The position numbers and the translations under genes were made by a program. A DNA stretch of 63,045 nucleotides, filler included, from Chiloscyllium plagiosum (Eukaryota): NCBI RefSeq assembly GCF_004010195.1. It is 5 parts of one record of this genome, joined end to end, with 100 filler letters (N's around TTAATTAATTAA, not from the genome) between each part and the next. Parts side by side here need not be neighbours in the genome. Positions count along the whole stretch, not along the records: positions 1 to 18,824 come from NC_057717.1; 4 more parts are not named here. One strand, given 5' to 3'. The stretch's first letter is position 1. Every line of letters begins with the position of its first letter. Positions 1 through 12,614 of the stretch are shown piece after piece. The notes under the pieces are model-generated. The model saw nothing but the letters and a program-made list of their open reading frames with translations, did not search any database and was not told the DNA's origin.

Positions 1-329
1 TTCAGTAGACAAGTCCTCATCAAATGTTCTCTCAGCCACCGTTATACTATCCTTGACTAACATGACATGCATGGGCCCATCGCGGTGCTTCAAACTCCAT
101 GAGGCAGCCATACTGTCTATGACAGACAGACTCAGTCTGGAACCTCCTCTATCCTTAAGACCTTATGCACTGCCTATGCTCCTCCATTTCCCCTTTGCAC
201 ATTCCCTTTTCAACCCAACCCACCTGCATCACTCCACAATTGGAGCTGTCAAGGGCAGAAGTCTGTGGAATAGCCTCCCTAACCTTCTCTATCCTCTTTT
301 AAGATGTATTTTAAATCATTCTCTTTAAT

Positions 330-2650
330 CAATGCATAGGATGGGGTAGCGAAATGCAGTAGATGCATACAATGGAAATGTGGAGCTGGTTTCAGGAACA
401 GATATTGCGTGTCCTTGATAGGTATGTCCCTGTCAGGCAGGGAGGAAGTGATAAGGTAAGGGAACCGTGGTTTATCACAGAAATTGCATCTCTTGTTAAG
501 AAGAAGTAGGAGGCTTATGTGTTGATGAGACAAATGGTACAGATGAGGCGATGGAGACTTACAGATCAGCTAGGAAGGATTTAAAGAGAGTTACGAAGAG
601 CAAAGAGAGGACCTTAGGAGATTTGCCATTGTGAAAGATTCCATACAAAGCAAGTAGTTGTTGTTATTGCTGTACATTAGGAGAAACAGGAATGATGCAT
701 TCAAAATTCTAACAAGAAAGTCACTGATAGGTGCAGTGTGTAGGCCAAATAATAACTTCACATTGGGATGGGCAATAAACAAAGAAATAACTAAAGCCTG
801 TAAAAATGGTACGGCTATTACCATGGGTGATTTTAATCTACATGTAGATTGGTCGAACCAGCTCATTCAGGGTAGCCTTGAGTTTATTAAATGTATCCAT
901 GATAGTTTTCTTGAACAATATGAAATGTACCCGAAAAGGAGCAAGCTATCCAAGATCTGGCCCCTGTGCAATGAGACAGGAATAATTAATGACCTCATAG
1001 TTAGGGATCCTCTTGGAAGAAGTGATCACAGTATGGTTGAAGTTAGAATACATATGGAGAGTGTGAAGATGAAATCTAATACCTTGGTCCTGTGCTTGAA
1101 CACGGGAAACCAAAATAGAATGAGGGAGAACCTGGATAAAGTAGACTGGAAACAAAGATTTTATGGTGGGACAGTTGATGAGCAGTGAAAGATTTTCAAA
1201 GACATTTTAGGAAGTGCTCAGCAAAGGCATATTCTAGTGAAAAGGAAGGACTGTAAGAAAAGGCGGTGGACAAAAGATAGGGAATTCTACACCAGTTAGT
1301 TTATTATCTGTAGTTGGAAAGATGCTTGGGTCTATTATCAAGGAAGAAATAGCAGGGAATCTCGATAGAAATTGTCCCATTGGGCAGACAGAGCATGGAT
1401 TCATAAAGGGCAGGTCATGCTTGACAAATCGTTTGGAATTCTATGAAGACATTTCGAGCAAGGTGGACAACAGGGATCCAGTGGATGCGGTGTACCTGGA
1501 TTTCCAAAAGGCCTTCAACAAGATGCCATGCAAGTGGCTGTTGCATTATATAAGGGTGCATGGGATAGAGTATAAGCATGGATAGAAGATTGGTTGACTA
1601 ACAGGAAGCAAAGAATGGGGATAAATAAGCCTTATTCTGGCTGGCAATCATAACTAGTAGTGTGCCTCTCGGATCAGTGTTGGGACTGCAATTATTTAGA
1701 ATTGATACAGATGATTTGGAGTTGGGGACCACATGTAGGGTGTCAAAGTTTGCATATGAGACTAAGATGAGTAGCAGGACAAAGTGTGCGGAGGACTGGG
1801 AAACTTTGCAGAGCAACATAGATACATTGAGTGAGTGGGCAATGGTTTGGCAAGTGGAATATTATGTTCATAAATATAAAGTCATACTCTTTGGTTGGAG
1901 TAACATTAATAAAAAGATTATTACTTGAATTTTTAAAAAGTTACATTATTTGCTATGCAGAGGCACCTGAACATCCTTCTGCAGGAGGGTTGGTCACCAG
2001 GTACAACAATCAGTTCAGAAGGCAAATGGGATTTTGTCCCTCATTGCTGAAGGGATTGTGTTTAAAAGCAGAGGTTATGTTCTAGATATAGTGGGTGCTG
2101 GTGAGGCCACACCTGGCGTATTGCATGCAGTTTTTATCTCCTTCCGTGCTCAAGGATGTACTGGCACTAGAGGGGGGTGCAGAGGAGGTTAACTATGTTG
2201 ATTCCGGAGGTGAGCGGTTTGGTTTAACAGGGACTGAGTAGATTGGGATTATATTCATTGGAATTCAGAAGAATGGAAAGATATAAAATAATGAATGGAA
2301 TGAATAAAATAGAAGTAGAGAGGATGTTTCCATTGGTAGGTGAAGCTGGGACAAGAAGGCATCACCACAAGGTTAGAGGCAGCAAATTTAGGAGTGAATT
2401 GAGAAGGAATGTCTTGACCTCGATGGAGTACATTGCCCAGGGAAGTAGTTGATGCTAGTTCAATGAACGTTTTTAAAGCTAAGTTAGTTTTTTTTAAAAA
2501 AGAAATAATTAACTAAGGAATACGGTCAAAACATGAGTAAATGGTTCTGCATCCACAAAATGATCAGCCATGATCTTATCGAATGGTAGAGCAGGCTCGA
2601 AGGGCAGGACGGCCTTCTCCTTTTCCAAGATCTTTTGTTCTTATGTTATG
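330..2650 (+). mobile_element. Decayed CR1-clade LINE ORF2 fragments (APE endonuclease, RT, 3' tail); composite with internal deletions
   Basis: ORF 658-1188 has APE motifs MGDFN..DW and LGRSDH. ORF 1322-1585 has QHGF-like ..GRSCLTN and VYLDFQKAF. ORF 1662-1928 has PLGSVLG and SKFAYETK. Tail TTCTTATGTTATG near 2640. Confidence 0.9.
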
Positions 2651-2671
2651 CATTCCTTCCTCACTCGTGAC

Positions 2672-2807
2672 TTGGAGGTACTGGTGTTGGATTAGGATGG
2701 ACAAAATTAAAATTCACAGAATACCAGGTTATAGTCCAACAGGTTTATTTGGAAGCACTACTTTGCTGGTCCTTCATCAGGTGGTTGTGTGATTTTTAAC
2801 TTTGTCC
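2672..2807. mobile_element. Short Penelope-like terminal-repeat remnant with inverted ends
   Basis: GGACAAAATTAAAATTCACA (2699-2718) is inverted against TGTGATTTTTAACTTTGTCC (2788-2807). Minus strand has CACCTGATGAAGG. A related copy lies at 35450-35570. Confidence 0.55.
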
Positions 2808-3019
2808 CTCACGCTTGTAACTGAGAAACAGCAGCAAAACCCACGAAGCAGTGCGCAAGCTCCAGCCAGCAGTTGGTATTGTGGACAATCTCAGAATACA
2901 ATGGGATATTGATCAGATGGGCCAATGGGCTGAGGAGTGGCAGATAGGATTTAATTTAGACCGATTAGGTTAGGATATCTGGTTATCATCGACAGGTTGG
3001 ACTGAAGAAGTGATTGATG

Positions 3020-3215
3020 TCAGCGGCGGACCAATGCATAAGTAGGGGAGGAGCTGGAGGACCTGGCGGGGCAGTTGGTCCTCCGACCAATCAGTGAATG
3101 AGGGCGGGACTAGACTATACCACGTGATCATCCTCGCGGTGGGCGCGAATCTTCGGAGTGTGTGCGCGCGGAGTGCTGTCGGTAAAGAAAGAAATAAACA
3201 GCAGGAAGCGGGAGG
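3020..3215 (+). promoter_or_regulatory. CpG-rich promoter-like segment
   Basis: CCAAT at 3031 and 3087, GC boxes at 3065 and 3102, E-box CACGTG at 3121, high CpG density in an otherwise CpG-poor window. No downstream gene is visible (gap from 3306). Confidence 0.5.
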
Positions 3216-4689
3216 GAAATGGTGTTGGTATGGTCTGAGAGGTTTTACAATCATTTGGTACACATCGGAAAATACAAATTTGAAACTTACAGTCCCGTTT
3301 TTGCANNNNNNNNNNNNNNNNNNNNNNNNNNNNNNNNNNNNNNNNNNNNNNNNNNNNNNNNNNNNNNNNNNNNNNNNNNNNNNNNNNNNNNNNNNNNNNN
3401 NNNNNNNNNNNNNNNNNNNNNNNNNNNNNNNNNNNNNNNNNNNNNNNNNNNNNNNNNNNNNNNNNNNNNNNNNNNNNNNNNNNNNNNNNNNNNNNNNNNN
3501 NNNNNNNNNNNNNNNNNNNNNNNNNNNNNNNNNNNNNNNNNNNNNNNNNNNNNNNNNNNNNNNNNNNNNNNNNNNNNNNNNNNNNNNNNNNNNNNNNNNN
3601 NNNNNNNNNNNNNNNNNNNNNNNNNNNNNNNNNNNNNNNNNNNNNNNNNNNNNNNNNNNNNNNNNNNNNNNNNNNNNNNNNNNNNNNNNNNNNNNNNNNN
3701 NNNNNNNNNNNNNNNNNNNNNNNNNNNNNNNNNNNNNNNNNNNNNNNNNNNNNNNNNNNNNNNNNNNNNNNNNNNNNNNNNNNNNNNNNNNNNNNNNNNN
3801 NNNNNNNNNNNNNNNNNNNNNNNNNNNNNNNNNNNNNNNNNNNNNNNNNNNNNNNNNNNNNNNNNNNNNNNNNNNNNNNNNNNNNNNNNNNNNNNNNNNN
3901 NNNNNNNNNNNNNNNNNNNNNTCCCTGAAACATCAACTGTGTATTTCTCCTTCCACAGAAACCAGTGATCAATGCCAAAGCCTTGTTGCCTGTGGTGATG
4001 TTTGACTTCCTTGTACTGCTGCAGTTTGTATTGTATAGGTGCTCCCACAACGTGGTTGGGTAGGAGACATTACAGATTATTCACTCAGCGATATTGAAGA
4101 GTAGAAGATATCTGTTCAAATCATCATGGTTTTAATTTCACAAAAATATTATTGAGAACTTTTGACATAAGGCCACAGCTGGAGAATATTGTGTCCAGTG
4201 ACCAAAACCATTGCCAAATAATCAGTTTTTCAAGAATGCCTTAAAGGAAGAAGGTAGATCTTAGAGGGTTAGAGTGGGGATTCCAGACCATGTTCCCTTG
4301 GAGTCTATAGAAACAGTCACACAGGTGAACTCAAAAATAAACACATCATTGAGAGTCTGAACTAAAATGAGTTATTGAGATATGAAAGGGTGTGTGGTGC
4401 AGGGAGATAGGAATGATTACAGCCAGGAATTAATTCAAAGGTGCGAAAGTAAAATGGGATTCTTTTGATTGATCAGCAAGTTTTTGGACAAGTGAGCACT
4501 TCGGCAGTAGAGTTTTCAATTTTCTTGAGATTATCGGGAGGGTGAATGTGGGATGCTGGCCAGGAGTGGGTTTAGATAATGAAATCTAGAGTTAACAAAA
4601 GGAATGAATGAGAGTTTCAGCAAATGAGCTGAGACTGTGGTGAGGTTAGGTGATATGACTGAAGTCGAAATAGTGGTCTTGGAGGGGTT

Positions 4690-5590
4690 TTGTCATCCTC
4701 ACCTCATTCAGCTGTTTGTCAGTTTGTGAATCAAGTCTGTAACAAGCTCAGGAACTGAGTGCCCAGTTTGGGTTCTGCCAGGGCCATCGCTGAGCAGGTT
4801 ATTGCTGAGCAGGTGCTTGACAGCACTGTTGATGACACCTTCCATCACTTCACTGCTGAGCGAGTGTTCACTGATGGAGGGGAATTGGCTGAGTTGGATC
4901 TGCCCTGTGTTTTTGTGTTGGAACATCCCTGAGCAATGTTCCACAAAGTCAGTAGGTGCCAGTGCTGGAGCAGTACTTGCCTTGGTGGGCAGCAGGTTCT
5001 GGAGCACAGCCAACAGTATTATTGCCAGAATATTGGCAGGGCCACTAGCCTTTACACTGCTTATCCATTTCTTGATCTGATTTGAAATGAGTTTTCAACC
5101 GAAGTCGATTCATATCTGTGATGTCAGGGACCAATGGAGAAGGCTCATCCACTTGGCATTGCTAGCTGAAAATCGCTGCTAATGCTGTCCTCTTATCTGG
5201 TGTATGAATGTGTGAGACCCCTCCATCAGTAAGGGTGAGGATATCTGTGATGCTTCCTCCAGTGGGTTGTTTAATTGTCCATCACTATTCTTGACTATGT
5301 GTGGCAGAACTGCAGAACTCAGATCTAATCTATTGGTTATGGGATCACTTAGTTCTATTTGGTGTTGCTTGTGCTGTTTGGCATGCAGGTTTGGTAGCTG
5401 CACCAGGTTGGCACCTCATTTTTAGGTATGCCTGGTACTGCTCCTGGCATGCCCTCCTGCATTCACCATTGAACCAGGGTTGATTCCCCTGGCTTGATGT
5501 TAATGGTTGAATGGGGGATATCAGGCCATGAGATTTCAGGTTGGGCTGGAGTACAGTTCTGCTGCTGTTGTTGGCCCACAGTGAGGCGGA
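4690..5590 (-). mobile_element. Non-LTR retrotransposon ORF2 fragment (RT N-terminal region); paralog at ~19840-20730
   Basis: Translations QPWFNGECRRAC and EVMEGVINSAVKHLLSNNLLSD. Copy B keeps AQFGFCQGHS (QxGF motif). Confidence 0.8.
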
Positions 5591-5959
5591 AGTTGCAGCG
5601 TCAAGAGGGCTGATTGTGTGGTTGTATTTGCTAGTGCATTGGTAGATGTAATGTGGTCCATCCAGTTTCATACCTTTGTTGAGACTGTGCAGTGATTAAT
5701 ACAATAAGTGACTTGATGGGCCATTGACGGGTTTCTTTCCCTCAAGGACATTGTCAATGGCAGAAAAACATCCCCAATGGTTCCATGGCAAACAGTCGAT
5801 TCTTCATTCCAGTTATTTTTTTCTTGACTACACAGCCACCCTCTACCGATTTTTAATTCAAACCTGAACTTCAGTTGTATATTTTAATATTCTTGATAAA
5901 TGATAAATACGACAGGTTTGTTCACTTATTTTTAGAATCGCTATCACAGGTTTTGTTTA

Positions 5960-6930
5960 TTATTTTGGAAATAAAAAAAATGTCCATTATCCTGTCTCCT
6001 CCATCCGCCCCTCCAACAACAAGAGTGAGGAGCACATGGAGTTTCTTTGTCAATAACATTGAGACAATCCGATCAGCTGCCTCTGCTTCTTTCCTCCCTC
6101 TCCACTAGCCCACCGAGCCAAACTACCTCAAAAGGGTGCTCCTCATTTTAGATCTAAACTTGCATTTCCTAGAGTCTCTTGTCAAGCCTTATTAGAGGTC
6201 ATCTTGACCATTTACCCTAGTGTAGCTAAATCATGGACATTCGAAATCTCTCTCTCATCCTCCTGCTTGTCACCGCCCTCCCCGCCTTGCAATTCACAGA
6301 TATTGTTCCATGATCTGTCTGTCTGTCTTTTCTGGTTATGTCCTTCTCTCCCATTCTGCTAAAACCTAATATTTGACCTCACCATCATTGGAAAAATGCT
6401 GCTCCATCTCCACTCTCCCTTTCCTTTCTGAATTCATTGTATTTGGTGTCCCTCCAGGATCTATCTTTGGTCCATCCTGTTTCTCACCTACATACTGCCA
6501 GAAGGTAACATCGCCCAAAAGCACTGTGTTAGGTTTCACTTGTATACTGACAATGTCCAGCTCTCCCTCCCCATCATCCGTCTCCATTACTCCACTATTA
6601 CTCAGTTATCAAACTGCTTACCACGCTTAGATTAGCTGCAATTCACTCCAATGAAACACTGTAATTGTTAAACCCATTGCCTTCAGTTGCTATTCCAAAT
6701 TCATTTCCCTTACTGCTGTGTCCCTCTCTCTCACTGGGAAGTGTCTGAGGCAGAACTACATTCTTCACAATATTGCTTTCATATCTGACCCCAAGGTGAC
6801 CTTCTGATCAGACATCTACACAATCACAAACACCAGGAATTCCAATTTCTAAAACGTTGCTTGTCTCCTTCTCACCCCAGCTCTATTGCTACTGAAACCC
6901 TAACCTGTGTCGGTGTTGTCTTTAACTTGA
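5960..6930 (+). mobile_element. Old L2/CR1-group LINE fragments; paralog at ~21120-22110
   Basis: GVPPGSIFGP at ~6445 (GVPQGS-LGP motif), followed by a decayed FHxYADD-like segment (TTTCACTTGTATACTGACAAT). Confidence 0.65.
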
Positions 6931-6984
6931 CAAATCTGAAACAGAACCCTTGATTCCGCGACTGACCCAGAATCTGGTCCAAGA

Positions 6985-7440
6985 CTCACCCGTAATCGGA
7001 CACATCCTCTCCATATTTACCCTGTCAACTCTCGACAGAATCATGTATGTTTCAAAGAGATCACCTCTCATTCTTCCAAAGTCCAGTGAGTAGTTTCCCA
7101 GCTTATTCAGTCTTTGCTTACAGTATAATCACTTCAAAGCAGGGATCATCCCAATGGATCTTCTCTGAAATGCCTCCAATAAACTGCTCTATTTCGTTAA
7201 CTAAAGCGACCAAATCTGTTCACGTTACTCCAGATGTGGTCTCACTCGCCATTTGTTTAGTTGCCCTAAGGTATATACTCCAAACTCTTATATTGCAAAC
7301 TCTTTGAAATAAGGGACAGCATTCCATTCCCCTTCCTGATTCCATGTTGTAACTGTGTGCTAGCTTTCTGTGTTTCCTGCTCATTTTCCCCCAGTCCCTT
7401 TGTGGTGCATCTTTCTACAGTTTATCCCAAGTTATACTCT
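6985..7440 (-). mobile_element. CR1 LINE 3' ORF2 fragment
   Basis: Copy B translation YSLDFGRMRGDLFETYRIL (22158-22388) is typical of the CR1 ORF2 C-terminus. Confidence 0.7.
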
Positions 7441-8469
7441 ATTTTCCACCCACGAGGCACAGTGGCATCACTGTGTAAAAGATCAAGTCAGCATTGTCCT
7501 ACCCGACCATAGGACTGCTCTCTCATTAGAGAGAGATGTCTGGTAGTGGTTAACCTGAATATTATTACAGCGCAGGCAAGGGGAGAGGTTGAAAAGGAGA
7601 GTCCATTAATTGTGGATGGTTATTCTTGATGTGTATTAGCAACACACATGTCACGTGAACAATTAATGTTAAAAAAGCCCCACAAATTCTGCAACTAAAA
7701 TCCCCCATTCCTTGAACCATCCTGGTAAATCTCCTGTGCCCCCTCTCAGGGACCTTGCCATCCTTCACAATGTGTGGGCGATCTATGGTTCGCACAGACC
7801 CAGCTGCTCTGAACCCTGTGGGTGATAGCATAGAGCAACAGTTGCACTAAACCTCATTGTCTGGAAGAGAGTGAGAGACAGAAATCCCGATGGCATTTAA
7901 AATCTATTTAGGAACATACTTGCAAGGTCAAGGCTGACAGGTCTATGGGCTCTGTGCTGGAAAATGGGATTAAAATAGTTAGCTGGGAGATTTCTTCACA
8001 GCATAAACCCAATGGACCACAAAACCGTTTTCTGTTATGTAGACCACAGACGCATAATATCGGGATATGACAAGCCACAATAGAAACCAGGTCAGAGAAG
8101 GTGTTATTAGAATAGATGATACGTGATTGATTCATGTTTAATGGAGGAAAATGTGACAGAGGTTAAGCAGGACATTGTGGAGCTCTGGGTGCAGAATCTG
8201 AAATAAAAATGGGTTATCCTGAAGGCTGGAATTAAAGAAAGGCACATCATAGAGATTTGTGAGGGTGGACAAGATTAAAGAGAGAGAGGGTGTTGAGACT
8301 GGAGGAGATTAGATATTGGAGGATGTTGCAGAGATTGAAATGTTTTTGGTGCAGAGATAGTGATAGTTCTGAGGCTAGAGAGGAATTATAGAGATAAGCA
8401 TGAGTTGTTAGCTTTCCCAACACTACCTCTTTACTGATAATGATTGTTTCTCTGTCCTCATCTGCCATT

Positions 8470-11400
8470 GCCTCCATAGGCTTGCGACAATGAGAGTACA
8501 CAGACAGTATGTTCCTGTTAAGGCCAAGGCTGGGAGGCGTCGAGAATGCTGCATGACCTGCGAAATTGAGGCTCTGGTGAAGAAAATGAAGGAAGGATAT
8601 GGCAGGTACAGACCACTGTTTGTGTGAATCCCGAGAGGACTATAAGGGCAGTAGGAGTATGCTCGCGGGAAGCCAGGAGGCAAAAAAGGGGACATGAGAT
8701 AGCTTTGGGAAATAGGTTTAAGGAGAATCCAAAGAAATTCTACAAATACATTAAAGACAAAAGAATAACTAGGCAGAGAATAGCAACCCTCAAAGATCAA
8801 CAAGATTGTCTATGGAACAGCAGGAGGTGGGAGAGATTCTGCAAGTATTTCATGTCAGTTTTTACTGAAAGGGGATATGGAAGTTAGAGAAGTTGGAGAA
8901 ATAAATAGTGATAACTTGGCAAGTGTACATATTACAGAGGAGGAGGTACTGGATTTCTTAAAATGCATAAAGGTGGATAAATTCCTGGAATCTGATCAGG
9001 TGTATCCCAGAAATTTGTGGGTAATTAGGGAAGCTTTTGCTGGGCCCCTCGCTGCAATAATTGTATCATCGATCGCCACAGGTGAGGTGCTGGAAGACTG
9101 GTGCCATTATTTGAGAAAGGTGGTAAGGAAAAGCCAGGGAACTATAGACCGGTGAACCTGAAGTCAGTGGCAGAGAGGTTGTTGGAAGGGATTGTCAGGG
9201 ATAGGATTTACACGTCATTGGAAAAGCAAGAAATGATTAGGGAAAGTCAGCATGGCTTTGTGCATTGAAATCATTAACTTGGACTTGAGAAAGACACAAG
9301 GTTTCACATAACACACTGGTTAGCAGGTTCAACACCATAGAATTCTGGCGGAACTGGCTGTTTGGGTACGGAATTGGCTGGAAGGTCGAAGAGTCATAGA
9401 TGGACAGCACAGAAACAGAGACCCGTCGGTCCAATCAGTACATGCTGATCAGATATCCCAACGCAATCTTGTCCCACCTGTCAGCACCCAGCCCATATCC
9501 TTCCTAGTCATATACACATGAAGATGCCTTTTAAATGTTGCAATCGTAATGGCCTCCACCACTTCATCTGGCAGCTCATTCCATACACGTACCACCCTCT
9601 GTTTGAAAATGTTGCCTCTCAAGTCTCTTTAAAGTCTTTCCCCTCATATAATAAACCTCTGCCCTCTAGTGCTGGGATCCCCCACGCCAGGGAAAAGACT
9701 TTGTCTATTTATCCTATCCATGCACCTTATGTTTTTATATACATAGATAAGATCACCTCTCAGCCTCCGATGCTGCAGGGAAAACAGCCCCAGTCTATTC
9801 AACCTCTATTCAACCCCCAGCCTAGCTCAAATCCTCCAACCCTGGCAACGTTCTTGTAAATCTTTTCTGAACCCTTTCAAGTTTCACAACATCCTTCCAA
9901 TAGGAGGGAGACCAGATTTGTACGCAACGTTCCAAAAGTGGCCTAACCAATGTGCTGTACAACCGCAACATGATCTCATAACTCCTGTACTCAATACTTT
10001 GTCCGATAAAGGAAAGCATACCAAATGCCGCCTTCGCTATCCTAACCACATGCACTCCAAGGTCTCTTTGTTCAGTAACACTCCTCAGGACCTTACCATT
10101 AAGTGTGTAAGTCCTGCTAAGATTTGCTTTCACAAAATGCCACTCCTCAGCCCATTCACCCATCTGATCAAGATTCCATTGTACTCCTGAGGTAATCTTT
10201 TTCACTGTCCACTACACCTCCAGTTTTGGTGTCATCTCACTAACTATACCTTCTATGTTCACATCCAAGTCATTGATGTAAATGACGAAAGGTAGTGGAT
10301 CCAGCAGTGATCCTTGTAACACTCCACTAGTCACAGGCCTCCAGTCTGAAAAGCAACCCTCCATCACCACCCTCTGTCTTCTGCCTTTGAGCCAGTTCTG
10401 TATCCAAATGGTGAGTTCTCCCTGTATGCCATGAGCTCTAACCTTGCTGAGCAGTCGGTGTCATAGTGGAGGGTGCTTTTTGGACTGGAAGCCTGTGATG
10501 AGCAATATGCTGTCAGGCTGCGTGCTGGGTCCACTGCTTTTTGCCATTTATATAAATGATCTCTATGTGAATATAGGAGCTATGGTTAGTAGGTTTGCAA
10601 TAGACACCAAAATTGGAGGTGCAATGGACAGCAAAGTTACCTGAGATTACAATGAGACTCGGATCAAATGGGCTGAGGAGTGGCAGATGCAGTTTAATTT
10701 AGATATATGTGAGGTTCTGCATTTTGGAAAAGCACATCAGGGTGGGACTTATACACTTAATGGGAAGGTCCTGGAGCGTGTTGCTGAACAAAGACACCTT
10801 GGAGTGCAGTTTCATAGTTCCGTGAAAGTGGAATCATAGATAGACAGGGTAGTGAAGAAAGTGTTTGGTGTACTTGCCTTTATTGGTCTGTGCATTGAGT
10901 ACAGGAGTTGTGACGTCATTTTGCGGCTGTACAGGACATTCATTCAGCCACTTATGGAATTCTGCTTTCAGTCCTGGTCTCCCCGCTATTGGAATGATAT
11001 TATGAAACTTGAAAGGATTCAGAAAAGATGCAAAGATGTTGCCAGGGTTGAGGGATTGAGCTATAAGGAGAGGCTGAATAGACTGAGGCTGTTTTCACTG
11101 GAGAATCGGATGCTGAGAGGTGACCATAGAGGTTGATAAAATCGTTCGGGGCATGGATAGGGGAAACAGCCAGGCTTTTATTGCTGTTTAGGTGAGTCCA
11201 AAACTAGAAAGCACAGGTGTGAGGGAAAAGATTGAAAAGGGATATTAGGTGCAAAGTTTCAAGCTGAACGTGGTATGTGTATGGAATGAGCTGCCAGAGA
11301 AAGTGTGGAGGCTGGTACAGTTACAACATTTAAAAGGCATCTCATTGGACATGTGATTGGGAAAGGTCTAGAAGGCTATGGGCCAAGTGCTGGCATATGG

Positions 11401-11480
11401 GACGAGATTAATTTAGGATATCTGGTCGGCATGGACAAGTTGGACTGAAGGGTCTGTTTCTGTACTGTACATCTCTATGG
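8470..11480 (+). mobile_element. CR1 LINE (ORF2 to 3' tail) interrupted by an antisense CR1; paralog at ~24735-27712
   Basis: KENPKKFYKYIK, VDKFLESDQVYPR, CVLGPLLFAIYINDL, SRFAIDTKIG, RLFSLENRMLRGD. 3' tail CTGTACATCTCTATG at ~11465. Confidence 0.9.
9393..10445 (-). mobile_element. CR1 LINE 3' half inserted antisense into the previous element; paralog at ~25626-26680
   Basis: Minus ORF 9822-10205 has LVRPLLERCVQIWSP and LERVQKRFTR. Tail GAGTCATAGA at ~9391. The host element resumes at ~10455. Confidence 0.9.
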
Positions 11481-11924
11481 CACTAATAAAATTAAGATAG
11501 GTTTCTCTTTTATGGAGAGTTAGCAGAAGGCCAGACAATTCTCCTTGGAGCTGAGAAGGTTAAGCAGTGATTTCGACCAGGAGTTGATTTGTTTCCAGGG
11601 TATTTCATTTACAGAGAGACAGAGTGAGAAATTTTTAACGTCACAATTTTTAGTAACTATTTTCAGGTAACTGGAAAATAATGCAGAGAAAAAATGTGAA
11701 GATTATTTTACTCACTAAGTTCTGAGCATCTGGAACAGTTTGAAAGAGAGCTGGATGCAGATTCAGTAGTTATTGTCAAAATTTAACAAATGGGAGGTGA
11801 GTTAGGATAGACTGGCACCATCTCCAGAGGGAGAGAGTACAGCCCCAATGGGCTGAATAACCCCCAGCCCCTGTGCTCTGTGATACTGACCCATTCACTG
11901 TGAATGATGAAGCTCATCACAGAA

Positions 11925-12320
11925 CAGAGCCGTAGAGCTGTACAGCATGAAAATAAACCCTTTCGTTAAACTGGTCCATGCTGACCAGATATTCCAACCT
12001 AATCTAGTCCCATTTGCCAACACTTGGCACATATCACTCTACATCCTTCCTATTCATATACCCATCCAGATGCCAAATGGTATAATTGTACCAACATCCT
12101 CCACTTCCTGTCAGAAGATTCCATACAGGCACCAAACTCAGTGGGGGACAAACAAATGCCCCTCAGATCCATTTTAAATTATTCCCCTCTCATCTTAAAC
12201 ATATGCCTTCTCATTCTGGACTCCCCCGCCCCAGGAATATGACCTTGTCTATTTATCCTACCCATGCCCCTCATGATTTTATAAACCTCTATGAGGTCAC
12301 TCCTCAGCCTATGATGCACC
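11925..12320 (-). mobile_element. CR1 LINE 3' end; paralog at ~28390-28775
   Basis: Similar to the other antisense CR1 3' ends (GACCAGATAT..CCTAATCTAGTCCCATTTGCC). Copy B ORF has EIFKIMRGM. Confidence 0.8.
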
Positions 12321-12324
12321 TGGG

Positions 12325-12605
12325 AGGATCCCACCACTCGGGTCACAATGGGGCCTGGCTGATTGACACGGCTTCAGACCAATAGGAGAGTTGGCGTGAT
12401 CCTCCAGCCAATGGGAGTGAATGAGGGGTGGGTCCAGCAGGCTAACACATGACCATCAGCTTTGCAGGCGCAGTGTCACTGTGAGGGGGGACTGAATGTG
12501 AAGGAGTGGGAGAGACTGCAGATACTGGGAGAGAGATGGAGTTAGTGTGGACTGGGAGGGTTGATAAACACTGTTTCCGTCTGCTGGACCTGAATTAGAT
12601 ACTCC
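12325..12605 (+). promoter_or_regulatory. Decayed promoter-like cassette (CCAAT x2, GC-box-like); paralog at ~28783-29060
   Basis: CCAAT at 12379 and 12408. CCTCCAGCCAATGGGAGTGAATGAGGGGTGGG resembles CCTCCGACCAATCAGTGAATGAGGGCGGG at ~3080. Confidence 0.4.
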
Positions 12606-12614
12606 GATGAAATT

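Noticed and set aside
3094..4050. Long ORFs at 3094-4050 (also 16980-17642 and 44322-44907)
   Set aside because: They span N gaps and are artefacts.
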